A stretch of 64,000 nt of DNA from an uncultured Nitrospiraceae bacterium (GCA_963811165.1 CAWEQH010000004.1:480001-544000); one strand, 5' to 3'. Counted from the first letter of the stretch, positions 1 through 9,989 are shown. The notes: generated by a model from the sequence alone, not told the origin. Numbers and translations are program-made.

Positions 1-2
1 GC

Positions 3-821
3 GAAAATTATGGATGGAATATCATGGAGGCCTCTCATTGTTATCTTAGTCCATCATGCAGTTCCGCCGGCCTGGTACTTCCGGTTGCCGAATACGATCA
101 TACCACCGGAGATTGTTCGATCATAGGAGGAATGATTTACCGGGGCCTGAAGTACCCGGGGTTGCATGGGGTCTATCTCTACGGAGATGAATGCAGCGGC
201 CGGATCAGGGGTCTAAAGAAGAATGGAGGATCATCTCAAAATACCATCCTGTTGGATTCTCCCTTTGTCATTACCACCTTCGGCGAGGACGAAACCGGCA
301 GCCTGTATCTTGCGGATTACACATCAGGGACGATATACAGGGTCGTTGAGGCTATTTCCGGTATCCCTGCTCCTACGGTGCAGGAGACCTTCGCCTTTCC
401 TTCAGCCGATTCTCCCGTGGTGAGCCTGGACCTTGCGCAATTGAACCCATTTGGTTTCGGTCCTGTTGCTTCGGGTGGGGATATGCTTCAGTTCCAGGTG
501 GCACTGGCCCAATTTACCGCGCCTGTTGATTTGTATGCTGCGTATTCGGTATCAACCGATCCGGCTAATATTTTCCTGATGAAATCCGACCTTACCTTTC
601 AGGCCGTCTCATTCCAGGACGTCCAGCAGGTTCTCTCCGGAGTGGCCGTGGCAGGTATCGATCCCTGGATGAAAAATGTGACCGGCCCCATTGATGTCAA
701 CCCGCTCACTCTTTCCGTCACAAAACTTTCTCCGGGCATATACACCGTATATCTGCTGGTTACACCCTCGGGCAGGCTGGATTCACATTACCTCGGAAAG
801 GCATCTTTTGTTGTTCCCTAG
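3..821 (+). CDS. PQQ-dependent sugar dehydrogenase (glucose/sorbosone dehydrogenase family), 5' partial, with a C-terminal ~150-aa unknown domain
   Basis: Open frame from nt 3 (ENYGWNIMEA). Has GSDH motifs NYGW, YDH..GDCSIIGG.IYRG, YLYGD.CSGRI and ITTFGEDETG.LYLADY. C-terminal domain (~363-818) is shared with the genes at 1328-2047 and 58798-61980. Confidence 0.85.
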   Translation, partial: ENYGWNIMEASHCYLSPSCSSAGLVLPVAEYDHTTGDCSIIGGMIYRGLKYPGLHGVYLYGDECSGRIRGLKKNGGSSQNTILLDSPFVITTFGEDETGSLYLADYTSGTIYRVVEAISGIPAPTVQETFAFPSADSPVVSLDLAQLNPFGFGPVASGGDMLQFQVALAQFTAPVDLYAAYSVSTDPANIFLMKSDLTFQAVSFQDVQQVLSGVAVAGIDPWMKNVTGPIDVNPLTLSVTKLSPGIYTVYLLVTPSGRLDSHYLGKASFVVP

Positions 822-877
822 CAGGAGCATTCAATAATTAAAGTGCGGTCCAATCAGCGGGAACGAGCACGGCCGGT

Positions 878-1222
878 TCAGAAGCCGAGGGGTTCCCATT
901 TTCCAAACATGTTCACTTCGTCCCCGGGGTTCGGAAGCCCTGCAATCTTCCAGGCAATGACAGGCTCTATAAACTTTGCAATCACACAGTCTTTCGGCTG
1001 GCCGACATTCTTGCAGACGAAGCGCAGGATGGGAAAGAAATTGTATTCCTTATAGTACTGGCGCATGAATTTCAGGATGTCCATCTTGTCACCGGTCAAT
1101 TCTCCTGCTCCCTCTCTTTCGGCCAATGCACGGGCGACTGTTTCATTCCAATCCTCGTAATTTACGAGATATCCGTCATCGTCCAGATCGATCTTTATCC
1201 CTGAATATTCGATTACCGGCAT
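878..1222 (-). CDS. TusE/DsrC/DsvC-family sulfur relay-like protein lacking the C-terminal cysteines
   Basis: Motifs LDDDGYL...DWNE.VA..LA..EG..ELT...MDIL.FMR.YY and KIAGLP.P. ATG at 1222 is preceded by GGAGGAG. Confidence 0.85.
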   Translation of the reverse strand: MPVIEYSGIKIDLDDDGYLVNYEDWNETVARALAEREGAGELTGDKMDILKFMRQYYKEYNFFPILRFVCKNVGQPKDCVIAKFIEPVIAWKIAGLPNPGDEVNMFGKWEPLGF

Positions 1223-1327
1223 TCTGCATCCTCCTCCATCAATGAGACTGCAAATAGTGTGGCCCACCGCGATGCGTCGCCCCGGAAGAAAGACGCGGGG
1301 CGGCGCATCACGGAGAGTTCTTTTCTT

Positions 1328-2047
1328 TTATTCTACAGGATCGGGAACGATGAAATATGTGACCCAGCGGTAGAACCGATCAAAATTATTGTCTGCCGGA
1401 CTTGTCCTTGTCACATTAAGGACGAGAACATAAAGACCCGGAGGGATATCCTGCAGGTCCGTGGGGCCCAGAAGGGTATCGGTGACCCCGAGCACATTGG
1501 TTTTCCATGGGGTGAGTCTCTTCAACCTTTTCCTCGGCTCCGGATGGTAGCGATTGGACCCATGGCCATTGTCGGCGGACTGAACGGTAGGTTCAGAGGC
1601 CAATTCATCCTGGAGCGAAGTGATCTGATTGAAGATGTTTACGAAAAATATGTCCGCAGCGTCAAATGACGCCGCGAAGTAGCCGAACGACACGTCAACA
1701 GGCTCTTCAAACGGCCCAATGTCTACCGCTACTTCCAGAGAATTACCGCCACTGGCAACACTGCCTACCCCGATCGGCTTGGCTTTAGCCGGGTTGCAGC
1801 TTACAACAGGTTCTTCAACAGGAGTATAGGTGAATACACGCTTGCCGGTAGGCAGAGGCATAGTGCACGGCGGGGGCGCCGTAACGGTTTCGGTCACGGC
1901 CATAAAGTTCTGGACACCTCTTTGATTGAAATACTCATAGACGAGCTGATCGCCCGCACCCCCTGGATTGGCATACGCCTGTGCGGCCCCGAAAATACAG
2001 ATACCGATAACAAGAAATAATAATGCCGCGAAGCTTCTTTTACACAT
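1328..2047 (-). CDS. Secreted hypothetical protein consisting mainly of the shared ~150-aa unknown domain
   Basis: Sec signal peptide (..AQAYA) and RBS AGGAGG. Contains PIGVGSVASGGNSL..V....F..PVD, PWK.NV and PPGLY motifs. Confidence 0.8.
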   Translation of the reverse strand: MCKRSFAALLFLVIGICIFGAAQAYANPGGAGDQLVYEYFNQRGVQNFMAVTETVTAPPPCTMPLPTGKRVFTYTPVEEPVVSCNPAKAKPIGVGSVASGGNSLEVAVDIGPFEEPVDVSFGYFAASFDAADIFFVNIFNQITSLQDELASEPTVQSADNGHGSNRYHPEPRKRLKRLTPWKTNVLGVTDTLLGPTDLQDIPPGLYVLVLNVTRTSPADNNFDRFYRWVTYFIVPDPVE

Positions 2048-2387
2048 ACCGCCTCCTACTTTTATGGAATTATCTCCCGGTGACCCGGTTTGATGTCAAG
2101 TGCGTATCTTGCCGTATCGATGCGGACTGATCACCTCCTTCGCATTTTCTTCTGGATGAGGTCCCTCACAGACTCTTATACCACATCCAAAGCGCAATAA
2201 ATCATTAACTTTTTTTCATAATAGGTGTTCTGTGTTTATAGTCGTTAACGGCATGAATTGAGGATATCAAACGGCGGGATCCCGGTAGGTGATGAGGATC
2301 ACAATATAAATAAGTTTCAACAGAATCTTTCTCCTACGTTTACCACGGTGCTGAAATTTTCTGCGGAATTATTTCAAAAATGCGGCA

Positions 2388-2501
2388 TTATCTGAGCCCC
2401 GTATCGATAGAGATATCCACGGTGGTTGTCTTGCCGGACTCGATCACGACCGTCTTAGGCACGTCGGCACTCCTGTCGATCCCTATGTGGTTAATATCGT
2501 C
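2388..2501 (-). pseudogene. 3' remnant of a gene ending ...VDISIDTGLR*
   Basis: Protein-like 37-codon frame DDINHIGIDRSADVPKTVVIESGKTTTVDISIDTGLR*, with an in-frame TAG directly upstream and no convincing start. Confidence 0.5.
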
Positions 2502-2678
2502 CTATTGTAGCAAAAGAGATACTCTTGCACTATGGCCCCTTTGCACTTTCGGACTGTTCTGGCTTATCATATTTTTGTTACGGGAGTAAGGGCGAAGAAA
2601 TTGTATCGGGGAATCTATGGGGCATGGACCGGGGCAGAGAGAGGAATCGATATTGCCTTGCCCTCGTTACGGCAGCGC

Positions 2679-3155
2679 ATGAATGAAGACGCGACATATA
2701 AATTCGTAAACGATTTTTTCTATTTCGTTGTATGGCCTGATGAAAGCAGGGGCCGGGATGTTTTGATATGCTGTTCGGGGGTCAATCTGGACCGGTTTGC
2801 GCCCTTGACCAGGGGCCGGCATGGGTTGGCAGTAAGCCCCTCGATGAGGGGGCTTCAAAATACAAGGATCGCAATCAGCAGCATGGTGCTCGAAAAAGGG
2901 GCGAGACCGAAGTTTATCCGGGGAAGGGACTGCGCAGGCATCGCTCCTATAGAGGAGTCATGGTATACCGACCTTCTCCTTATAGAGAATGCTCCCGAGT
3001 CCCTTTGCGATGAAATAATCAGATGCGGGGTCGCCGCCCTTATCGCGTCGATCTTCAGGGCCTGCAGGATCCCGTTTCTGCTGCCCGAACCTCTCCCTGC
3101 GCCTGATGAACTTCAAAGGCTCCTCGAGGAGCAGTGCAGGATACACGCAAGATAG
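2679..3155 (+). CDS. Hypothetical protein
   Basis: Protein-like ORF of ~158 aa. Start is uncertain (ATG 2679 or TTG 2658). No family recognised. Confidence 0.6.
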   Translation: MNEDATYKFVNDFFYFVVWPDESRGRDVLICCSGVNLDRFAPLTRGRHGLAVSPSMRGLQNTRIAISSMVLEKGARPKFIRGRDCAGIAPIEESWYTDLLLIENAPESLCDEIIRCGVAALIASIFRACRIPFLLPEPLPAPDELQRLLEEQCRIHAR

Positions 3156-3271
3156 GCTGTTTTCTATGCGGGGCTTTGCCCCGTACCCCAGTTACCCTTC
3201 TTGCGTGTCCAAGAAGCGTAACCGCAAGAAGGTCAATATTGCCGGACTTCACCCCTTCAGGGAGAACTTCG

Positions 3272-3568
3272 CTATTGAAACCTGGCCCCGCACTTTCTGC
3301 AACCGCGTTGGTAAATATTGCTGCCGAGATATTTATTACATGACGGGCATCTCCAGTTGGCAGCGGTGAATCCCATGAATGACGCGATGACAATGGCCTG
3401 CATCGCAAAGATGGCGCCCTTCGATATGTTTCCGAATAGGTCGGACCGGTGGTGTATCATGGCAAGTAAAACGATAAGCAGAAGCGCTACTGCTATAGCA
3501 AGGAGCTGACGGTCCTGACGCAATTTAAAATTCGCGACGGTCTGTTTAGGGTCTCTTTTTGGCGCCAA
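3272..3568 (-). CDS. Small membrane protein with C-terminal zinc-ribbon-like CxxC...CxxC
   Basis: Two hydrophobic helices followed by WRCPSCNKYLG...CRKCGARF. TTG start follows GGAGA. Confidence 0.7.
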   Translation of the reverse strand: MAPKRDPKQTVANFKLRQDRQLLAIAVALLLIVLLAMIHHRSDLFGNISKGAIFAMQAIVIASFMGFTAANWRCPSCNKYLGSNIYQRGCRKCGARFQ

Positions 3569-3684
3569 TGGAATTTCTCCGGTAGATATTATACCGGCAG
3601 AGTGCAGTTTTTCAAAAATCGTGCATAGCCGACCTTGCATACTGGGTTAGTGACCGCATTACCGGGGATGTCCCGTATGATCAA

Positions 3685-4332
3685 TTATCCTTTGGCACTG
3701 GGCGCCGAAAGACGGGCCTCGTCCTCTGAACGCCGTGCCCGTGAAATTTCCCCGCGCATCCGCAGCACTCTCGTTGCATACGCGGGATCTCCGCCTGCAT
3801 AACGGCTGAGGGCCGTTCTGAGATTGTTCGTCCTTGCCAGATACCTGCCAAGCACGTAGATGCCGGAGTTTATATTACTGGATATCGTATAGAGATCGTC
3901 CTGTTGGCTCACGATCCCTTTCGTTTTGAGTTCCTCAAGCCAGACATCGGGCATTATCCCCATCAGTCCTATTGCGCCTTTTTCGCTTTCCACGTGAGGG
4001 TTGAAGTTGGACTCAACAAGACAGATTGCAAGGATCAGGTCCGCGTTAGCGCTGTTCATGGCAACGCTATAGATCTTCGAAAGGACCTGTTCAGGCATTT
4101 CGGAGTGCTCTTTCATCCATTGCAGGATGACCGCCTCCGTCGCCTCTTTCACCTGCGCGCCGTCGGGGTTTTGAGAAACCTCATGAGGGGCATCCACCCG
4201 GACTGCGGGCGCGGTCGCCGTATATGCCAAAGCGAGACCGGCTGTCGCAACCAGCCCCAAAATAAGGTATTGCGCCAATGATACCTGCCTATTCCTAAGA
4301 TCCCTTAATTTTCCTATTACTTTTTCGAACAT
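3685..4332 (-). CDS. Lytic transglycosylase (SLT domain), membrane-anchored
   Basis: Motifs VESNFNP (catalytic Glu), GAIGLMGIM, NI..G..VL..Y and AL..Y.GG. N-terminal TM helix. RBS AAGGAGGT. Confidence 0.9.
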   Translation of the reverse strand: MFEKVIGKLRDLRNRQVSLAQYLILGLVATAGLALAYTATAPAVRVDAPHEVSQNPDGAQVKEATEAVILQWMKEHSEMPEQVLSKIYSVAMNSANADLILAICLVESNFNPHVESEKGAIGLMGIMPDVWLEELKTKGIVSQQDDLYTISSNINSGIYVLGRYLARTNNLRTALSRYAGGDPAYATRVLRMRGEISRARRSEDEARLSAPSAKG

Positions 4333-4497
4333 AGACACCTCCTTAAAACCAGGCCCCGAGCCAGTTACCATGGAAAGTAACGCTTTGAAAGTTGTCCAAT
4401 ATAGAGTTCCTGTTATTTTCGCCACAGTTTTCTCGATTGACTGGAAGTAGCTTGATGAGCTGGTTTGACTTTATGGGAGTTTTAAATAGTCGTAGGT

Positions 4498-4528
4498 ATA
4501 TTACAGCACATACGGGGTATCTTGTCAA
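4498..4528 (-). promoter_or_regulatory. Putative sigma70 promoter of the SLT gene
   Basis: TTGACA-N17-TGTAAT (or N19-TAATAT) on the minus strand. Confidence 0.5.
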
Positions 4529-4774
4529 CTCTTTGAACAAAAAAAATTGAACCAAAAATGTTGAACCAAAAAAAATAGAAAAAAATAGAACGAAGAGACC
4601 GTTTCTAAATTTTTTTTAATCAGTTGTTAATCGTTTTTTAATAATGAGGCATTATAATGATGCGTATACCCTTCCTTTTGCCCCGGTCCCCCCCGGGGTT
4701 TTTTTTGCGAAAAAGTCGGCAGCGTACCAAAAAGTCTGAAACTCCGGGAATCCGAAGTATGGTATAGTATGAAT

Positions 4775-4867
4775 ATGAAGACAGTAATGCTCACCGGTTT
4801 TATTTTAATCGTCGCGTATATCTACGCGATGGTATATTTCAGGATGGCGTACAGACGACTGCTCTGA
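4775..4867 (+). CDS. Putative 30-aa single-pass membrane microprotein (leaderless)
   Basis: MKTVMLTGFILIVAYIYAMVYFRMAYRRLL. Extended -10 TGgTATAGT lies 6 nt before the ATG. Confidence 0.45.
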   Translation: MKTVMLTGFILIVAYIYAMVYFRMAYRRLL

Positions 4868-5145
4868 GGAGGGGGCATCTCCTCCGTGAGGGGAAAACTG
4901 ACCGCCCGCATCGAAAAAAAAGGGCTCAAGGTGCCGGCATGGCTTAAGGGAAAGTCCGTGTCTTGCAGCCGGTGATTCAATAATTAGCAATAATTACATA
5001 ATACTGAGACACTTCTTTTGTATGATTTTTCCCCCGTCTTATCATCGCCTTGCGTCCTGGGAAAATCCGGAGGCATCCGCACTAGTATGAGGACACGCTC
5101 TCATTGTGAATATTAATTATTTCTGATACAATTTTCAGACTCCCC

Positions 5146-5874
5146 ATGAAACGTACGCTGCTTGTGATACTGCTTCTTCTTCCGGTTGCGGCCTTTGCTG
5201 CTTCGAAGGACCCCGGTCCGCCATCCGTGACCGTGCGCTATTACGGCAACTTCAAAAAAATGATCCGGGAGAACTATGTGGAGGGTGTTGTCGAGCTGGA
5301 CCGGGCGCTGTCCGGCCCCCACGTATATGCGCTCGGTATCGTCAAGAATGCCGAAGGAGAAATTATGGTCCTTGACGGCGAAGTCTGGGTGAACTACGGA
5401 AAAGACGGCATCAACAAGACCACCAGCCAGATAAAAAAGGGGGAAAAAGCCTCCCTCCTTATCACTGCCGGCGTTGAAAAGTGGCAGACTATCGTTGTCC
5501 CTGCCGATATGTCGGAAAATGAGCTTCATGCGTTTGTCGTGGACCAGGCAAGGAAGTCCGGGCTGAACGTAAAGGCGCCGTTCCCTTTCCTGATTGAAGG
5601 CAAAATTAGAAAATTGGTCTGGGACGTTCTGGACGGGGCTGATACCGACATGGCGAGGAAAAGTAACCAGCTTTTTTTGAGAAAACTTGTCGGGTACAGG
5701 GATGAGGCGCCGGTTGTTCTTCTGGGCTTTTATCCTGCGGAGCTGCAGAGCGAATTCGACTATCCGGGCGAATTGTGGCACATCCATGTGTTATTCATGG
5801 ACGACGGCAATACGGGGCACCTCAATGCGTTTTCGGTAGTCAAGGGCTCTAAACTCGAAATACCCGCCAGGTAA
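5146..5874 (+). CDS. Secreted alpha-acetolactate decarboxylase-like Zn protein
   Basis: Signal peptide (..VAAFA). Motifs ALG....EGEI.VLDG, PFPF.IEG, LLGFY and WHIH....GH. Confidence 0.7.
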   Translation: MKRTLLVILLLLPVAAFAASKDPGPPSVTVRYYGNFKKMIRENYVEGVVELDRALSGPHVYALGIVKNAEGEIMVLDGEVWVNYGKDGINKTTSQIKKGEKASLLITAGVEKWQTIVVPADMSENELHAFVVDQARKSGLNVKAPFPFLIEGKIRKLVWDVLDGADTDMARKSNQLFLRKLVGYRDEAPVVLLGFYPAELQSEFDYPGELWHIHVLFMDDGNTGHLNAFSVVKGSKLEIPAR

Positions 5875-5933
5875 TAAAAAGTGCGTAAACGCCTTTCAGA
5901 TTTCCCAAGACCCAAAACTCAGGAAGCTCCAGA

Positions 5934-8535
5934 CTAGTATAGTATGAGGTTCTCGGCGGTGACCGCCAAAGAGTCCCTGCCGATCGTCACGGACCCGTGG
6001 ATGATCGAGTATGACGTCTGACTGCCGAACTCGCAATTCCAGCCGCCGCTCAGCGTGACCGCGATAGGGCGATTGAGATCCAATATCTCGGTCAGAGTTG
6101 TTGCGAGGAGCTGGATGGTATCATCAGGATCATGAGCATTGGCATAGGCGTCCGTAAGGCCCCCAACCGTAGCATATGATGTACCGTTGTTTACATTCTT
6201 TGCATAGTTACCTGGGCAGGTCGTATAACTCGCCGTGCAAGTCTTAACGCCATTCATCGTGACACCTGCCGAGGGGTTTGAGCCGGAACAGTTTCCTCCC
6301 CATGAATTAAATATATAGTCGCTGTTCGGGATGGCCAACAACCCTGCCGAGGTATCTGAATTATACCAGCATCCCAAAGAGCAATCAGGACTTACAGCAC
6401 CACCAGTCGGCGCAGGCACAGTCAACTGATACTGCGTCGTAAAGTTTGCCGTATACGTTCCGTCGGCTGCAGGCGAAATAGAGTGGCTCTGAGCCCCGCC
6501 GTCACTCCAGGACGAATAAATATACTGAGTCCCTGGGCCTCCGCTTTGGGGCGATGAGACCGCGATCGTATGGCCCGCGCCCGGGTTCCAGACATACATA
6601 TACGGCGCAACAGCATCACCCTCATCCAACGTAAAATGCAGGCCCGAAGGGGAAGTGACAATATTTATCCGCACAGAAAGAGTGGCGGTCGCGACAGCCC
6701 CAGTTGAGACATTTCCGACAGCGTCATACGCGCAAACACGGTAGTAATAAGTCATCCCGTTTGTGAGTCCTGTATCGGTCTTTGAGGTAGCACTGCCGAC
6801 ATAGACCTGTGTTCCGCTTGCGCACTGGGTGGCCGGAGTTCCCACTGTACTTCTTACGACTTTATACGTATTTGTTGGGTTAAGACCACCGCTGTCTGAT
6901 GCAGCGGTCCAACTCAAAAAGACCTGCCCATTGTCCGGCGTTGGCGTAAGTATTCCGTCTGCCGGAGGGGTTGTATCGCCCCCGGCAAACGCCTTGATGC
7001 AGACGTTTGTGTTTGAATCATATGAAAGTGTTATGTCTGACCAGCTTGTGCCACTACTGCTTATGAAACTCTGCCCGGCGCTGGCAGTGGCACCTGTACT
7101 ATAGCCGTCCCAAGGGTATTCCATTGGGATAGGCCAGTTGTACCCCGGCGTCGTGAGTTTTACCACAACAGAGAAGCTCTGGCCGTCCGTAACAGAGACA
7201 GGGGAGCTTAATGTAACTGTATGGTAACCTGGCATTGCCATCGTGCCTGTATTTGTAGAGCCTAGCGGGCCGCTTCTTGGGGCCCCGCCAGAGACATTTG
7301 AATAGACGTATATCTCGTACGGAGAATTCGGTGATGCCACATAGAAACTTACCGCAGTCAGCTGCTCGGTTGCGGCTGCAGTAAAGATATTGGCAAACCA
7401 TGGTGTTGTGCTTCCGTAGCCAATGCCGCTCATCCAGCCGAGCGGATCATACTGATATAACGCGTATAGTTGGTAGTCGATTGGGCTCCGTTAAAGACAT
7501 AGTTACTCTCCTTGCCCAATTGCGAGTCATCATAGTACGAGATATAAAAATATCCGCCGTTTACACCCCATGCTGTCCCCCAACTGTTTTTGATGATAAA
7601 GGCGCCATTGCCTGGCGGAGTAGGAGAAAAGTTGACTGAAGCTGTAGTTATCGTCCCACCCACAATATCTACCGCGTGGTTGCAGTACTGCGCCCGGAAT
7701 AATAATACGTCGTACAGGTGCCTGTGTGGTTGCTCATATGAGGTAGCCGTAGCCTCGCGGACCGGTCCAGAACAGGAAGTCATCGACGCCCCATAAGTCA
7801 TCACTGCCTGTTTGATGTTATCATTATCCGTGGATACTTCCCCTCGGCGGGATGATAAGGACCTCCTGCAGATGTTTTTGCAGAGTCGTCGAGACAGCGG
7901 CGTAAACACCGGTGGGGGAGGAAATGAAGCGTATAAGGATCATGCGGTTTCATTGATAGGTCCACTCTAAAGCCAGGATGCTCCCCAGCGCGCAAGATAT
8001 GCGATAGACATGTCCCCATTTCCGCCTTCACACGCGCAGCCAATCAAATCCATGAGTGTATGTTTCAGATTATATCTCTGAAAAGTCCCATGTTCCGGTT
8101 CCGCAGTAGGAAGGTCGGACTCCAGAGAGCCCATCGCTCCAAATGCCCAGCAATCGCCACAGCTAATTGGTTCTCACTGCCGTGACCTTGCCAGGGTGCG
8201 GAGATCATAACTCGCCGGCAGAGTGCAGCGGGCTCCCATAGAATGGCCCTGTGTGAATCTGCCGGAAAGATGGACTGCCCGGTAAGGTGCGACAGGTCAA
8301 GGGGAGAGGGTATATAGCCGAGGGCGTATCCGTCGGAGGTAACGTTTGGAATGCTTAAGCGTGGCACGCTCTTCAAATTCATATAATCGACGAATTTCGG
8401 GTTTAAAGGGGCCATTACAGGAATTTCCTGGTCCTGTGCGGACACCGGTATGCTTGTGAAAAGCATGAGACCGCACAATAGCAATACAGTTAGGACGATG
8501 TCCGTCAAGACCCTGTCTTTTCTGCAATAAATCAT
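5934..8535 (-). pseudogene. Secreted C1A (papain-like) cysteine protease with lectin-like, FN3 and InlB-B-like repeat domains; multiple frameshifts at ~7430-8250
   Basis: Signal peptide and LGYIPSP propeptide. LPASYDLR, CGDCWAF (CWAF at 8141-8152), CEGGN, NHAV.IVG and IIKNSWG are spread over different frames. Intact C-terminal frame 5934-7433 has AN.FTA, YHTV.L, NVCIKAF and YYYRVCAYD. Confidence 0.8.
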
Positions 8536-8790
8536 CTGTTCTTTCGTTACCTCATCGCGATATGGGCTGCTGACAGTGAAAAAATGACATCGGCATACAT
8601 ACGTAGAGGATATACTAGCACGTTCGATGCCTGAAAATCATACTTCAGAAAATCAGGAATTACCGAGACTCTTATAAAAAGGAAGGGTCGGGGATGACAA
8701 AAAATGTTAATCCTTTCATAAGGGAAGCGTTATTTGCGGCAATAACCGGCTCACCCTTTTTTATGAAAAAAGAAAAGTTTTAGGCATTAC

Positions 8791-9906
8791 TCAGAGCGTT
8801 CTTTTGAAAGAAAGTATCGAGAGGGTCATCATCACGGCGGTAAAGGCCATGAGAAAGACAATGTCGCCTGAGATGTAGGCTATGCCCGCGTTCTTGAAAA
8901 GTACGGACTTCATCGCATCTACGGAATAGGCCTCGGGGTTTATCTTTGCAAACGCCTTGAGCCAGGGCGGAAAACTCGCTATCGGATAGACCGCGCCGCT
9001 TGGGAAGAAGAGCATGACGTTCAGAAACCCGCTCAAAATACCTACGATCCGCGGATGACCGACCCTTCCAAGGATGAAAAACATGAGACTGATCAGGCAG
9101 AGGGTCGTTAGGATGATAATTATTAACAGGGGAACACATTGCACTATCACCTTTGAAAAAGGGATCGCGGTGATCCATATGCTTACGACCAATATCAGGG
9201 TGGCGATGGCGGTTGTGATCGCCAGACCGCTGATGACAAGCCCCGTGACTATGTGACTCTTCGAAAGCGGTGTGAGCAGGTAGCTCTCATCGATGCCCAT
9301 GAACCTGTCCATGACGAGGTTGAACGCGCCCGTCGTCAGGGTACCCAGAAAAATCGCCATGATCACGACTCCCGGAACTAAGGATTGGTAATAATCGACC
9401 TTGGCATAGAGGTTGATGTCTCTAAGGAGCACCTCGTTCGCCCTCTCACGTATCGGCACATACGGTGATCCAAGCGGCACAACTGCCGCGTTGACAAGGT
9501 TCCTTATCATCTCCGATGATACCCCGTCGGTATTGTCGAGGAAGAGACCGATCTCGGGCCGGCCCTGAAGAGTAACGCGCCTGCTGAAATCCGGGGGTAT
9601 GACAAGGGCGGCCTTATAAAGGCCTTGCCGGACGCCCTCGACGGCCGTGTTTTCGTCGGTCATGATGATCAGGGTGAATGTCTGAGGCCCGGCCTCAATC
9701 GCCCTCAGGTTTTCTACGACACGCTTGGCAAACGGGCCGGTATCATGGCTGACGATGACCACGGGGAGCGATGTCAGTTTCCCCTGGAAAGAATTCCCGA
9801 GGATCACCAGGTAGATGATCGGCATGAGGATGCTCATTGCGAGGACGACCGGGTTTCTTCTGAATTTCTTCAGGTCCCTTTCTATTACTGCGAGCAGTCG
9901 TATCAT
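8791..9906 (-). CDS. ABC-2 type transporter permease
   Basis: R..KKF.R.P N-terminus, extracytoplasmic loop, six C-terminal TMs and the FFPSGAVYP...P.WL...NP motif. Confidence 0.9.
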   Translation of the reverse strand: MIRLLAVIERDLKKFRRNPVVLAMSILMPIIYLVILGNSFQGKLTSLPVVIVSHDTGPFAKRVVENLRAIEAGPQTFTLIIMTDENTAVEGVRQGLYKAALVIPPDFSRRVTLQGRPEIGLFLDNTDGVSSEMIRNLVNAAVVPLGSPYVPIRERANEVLLRDINLYAKVDYYQSLVPGVVIMAIFLGTLTTGAFNLVMDRFMGIDESYLLTPLSKSHIVTGLVISGLAITTAIATLILVVSIWITAIPFSKVIVQCVPLLIIIILTTLCLISLMFFILGRVGHPRIVGILSGFLNVMLFFPSGAVYPIASFPPWLKAFAKINPEAYSVDAMKSVLFKNAGIAYISGDIVFLMAFTAVMMTLSILSFKRTL

Positions 9907-9989
9907 TTCTGTGTCCCGATTTCTTGTCTTTTTATAAAGGCGCATCCGGTTTACCATTCACTTTTCACTATTTCACTATTTACTGTTTG

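Noticed and set aside
850..880. TGA stop of the DsrC-like gene as selenocysteine replacing the missing Cys
   Set aside because: No convincing SECIS hairpin follows, and the position does not align with the canonical Cys.
1268..1313. Long GC hairpin between the unknown-domain gene and the DsrC-like gene as an intrinsic terminator
   Set aside because: The stem is real but has no U-tract in the sense (minus) direction, so its function is unclear.
2111..2140. A real 16S rRNA gene end
   Set aside because: Similarity is limited to ~30 nt and upstream sequence is a protein gene; kept only as a mimic finding.
7430..8250. Programmed frameshifting in the protease
   Set aside because: There are too many scattered indels and no slippery-site pattern; error or decay is more parsimonious.
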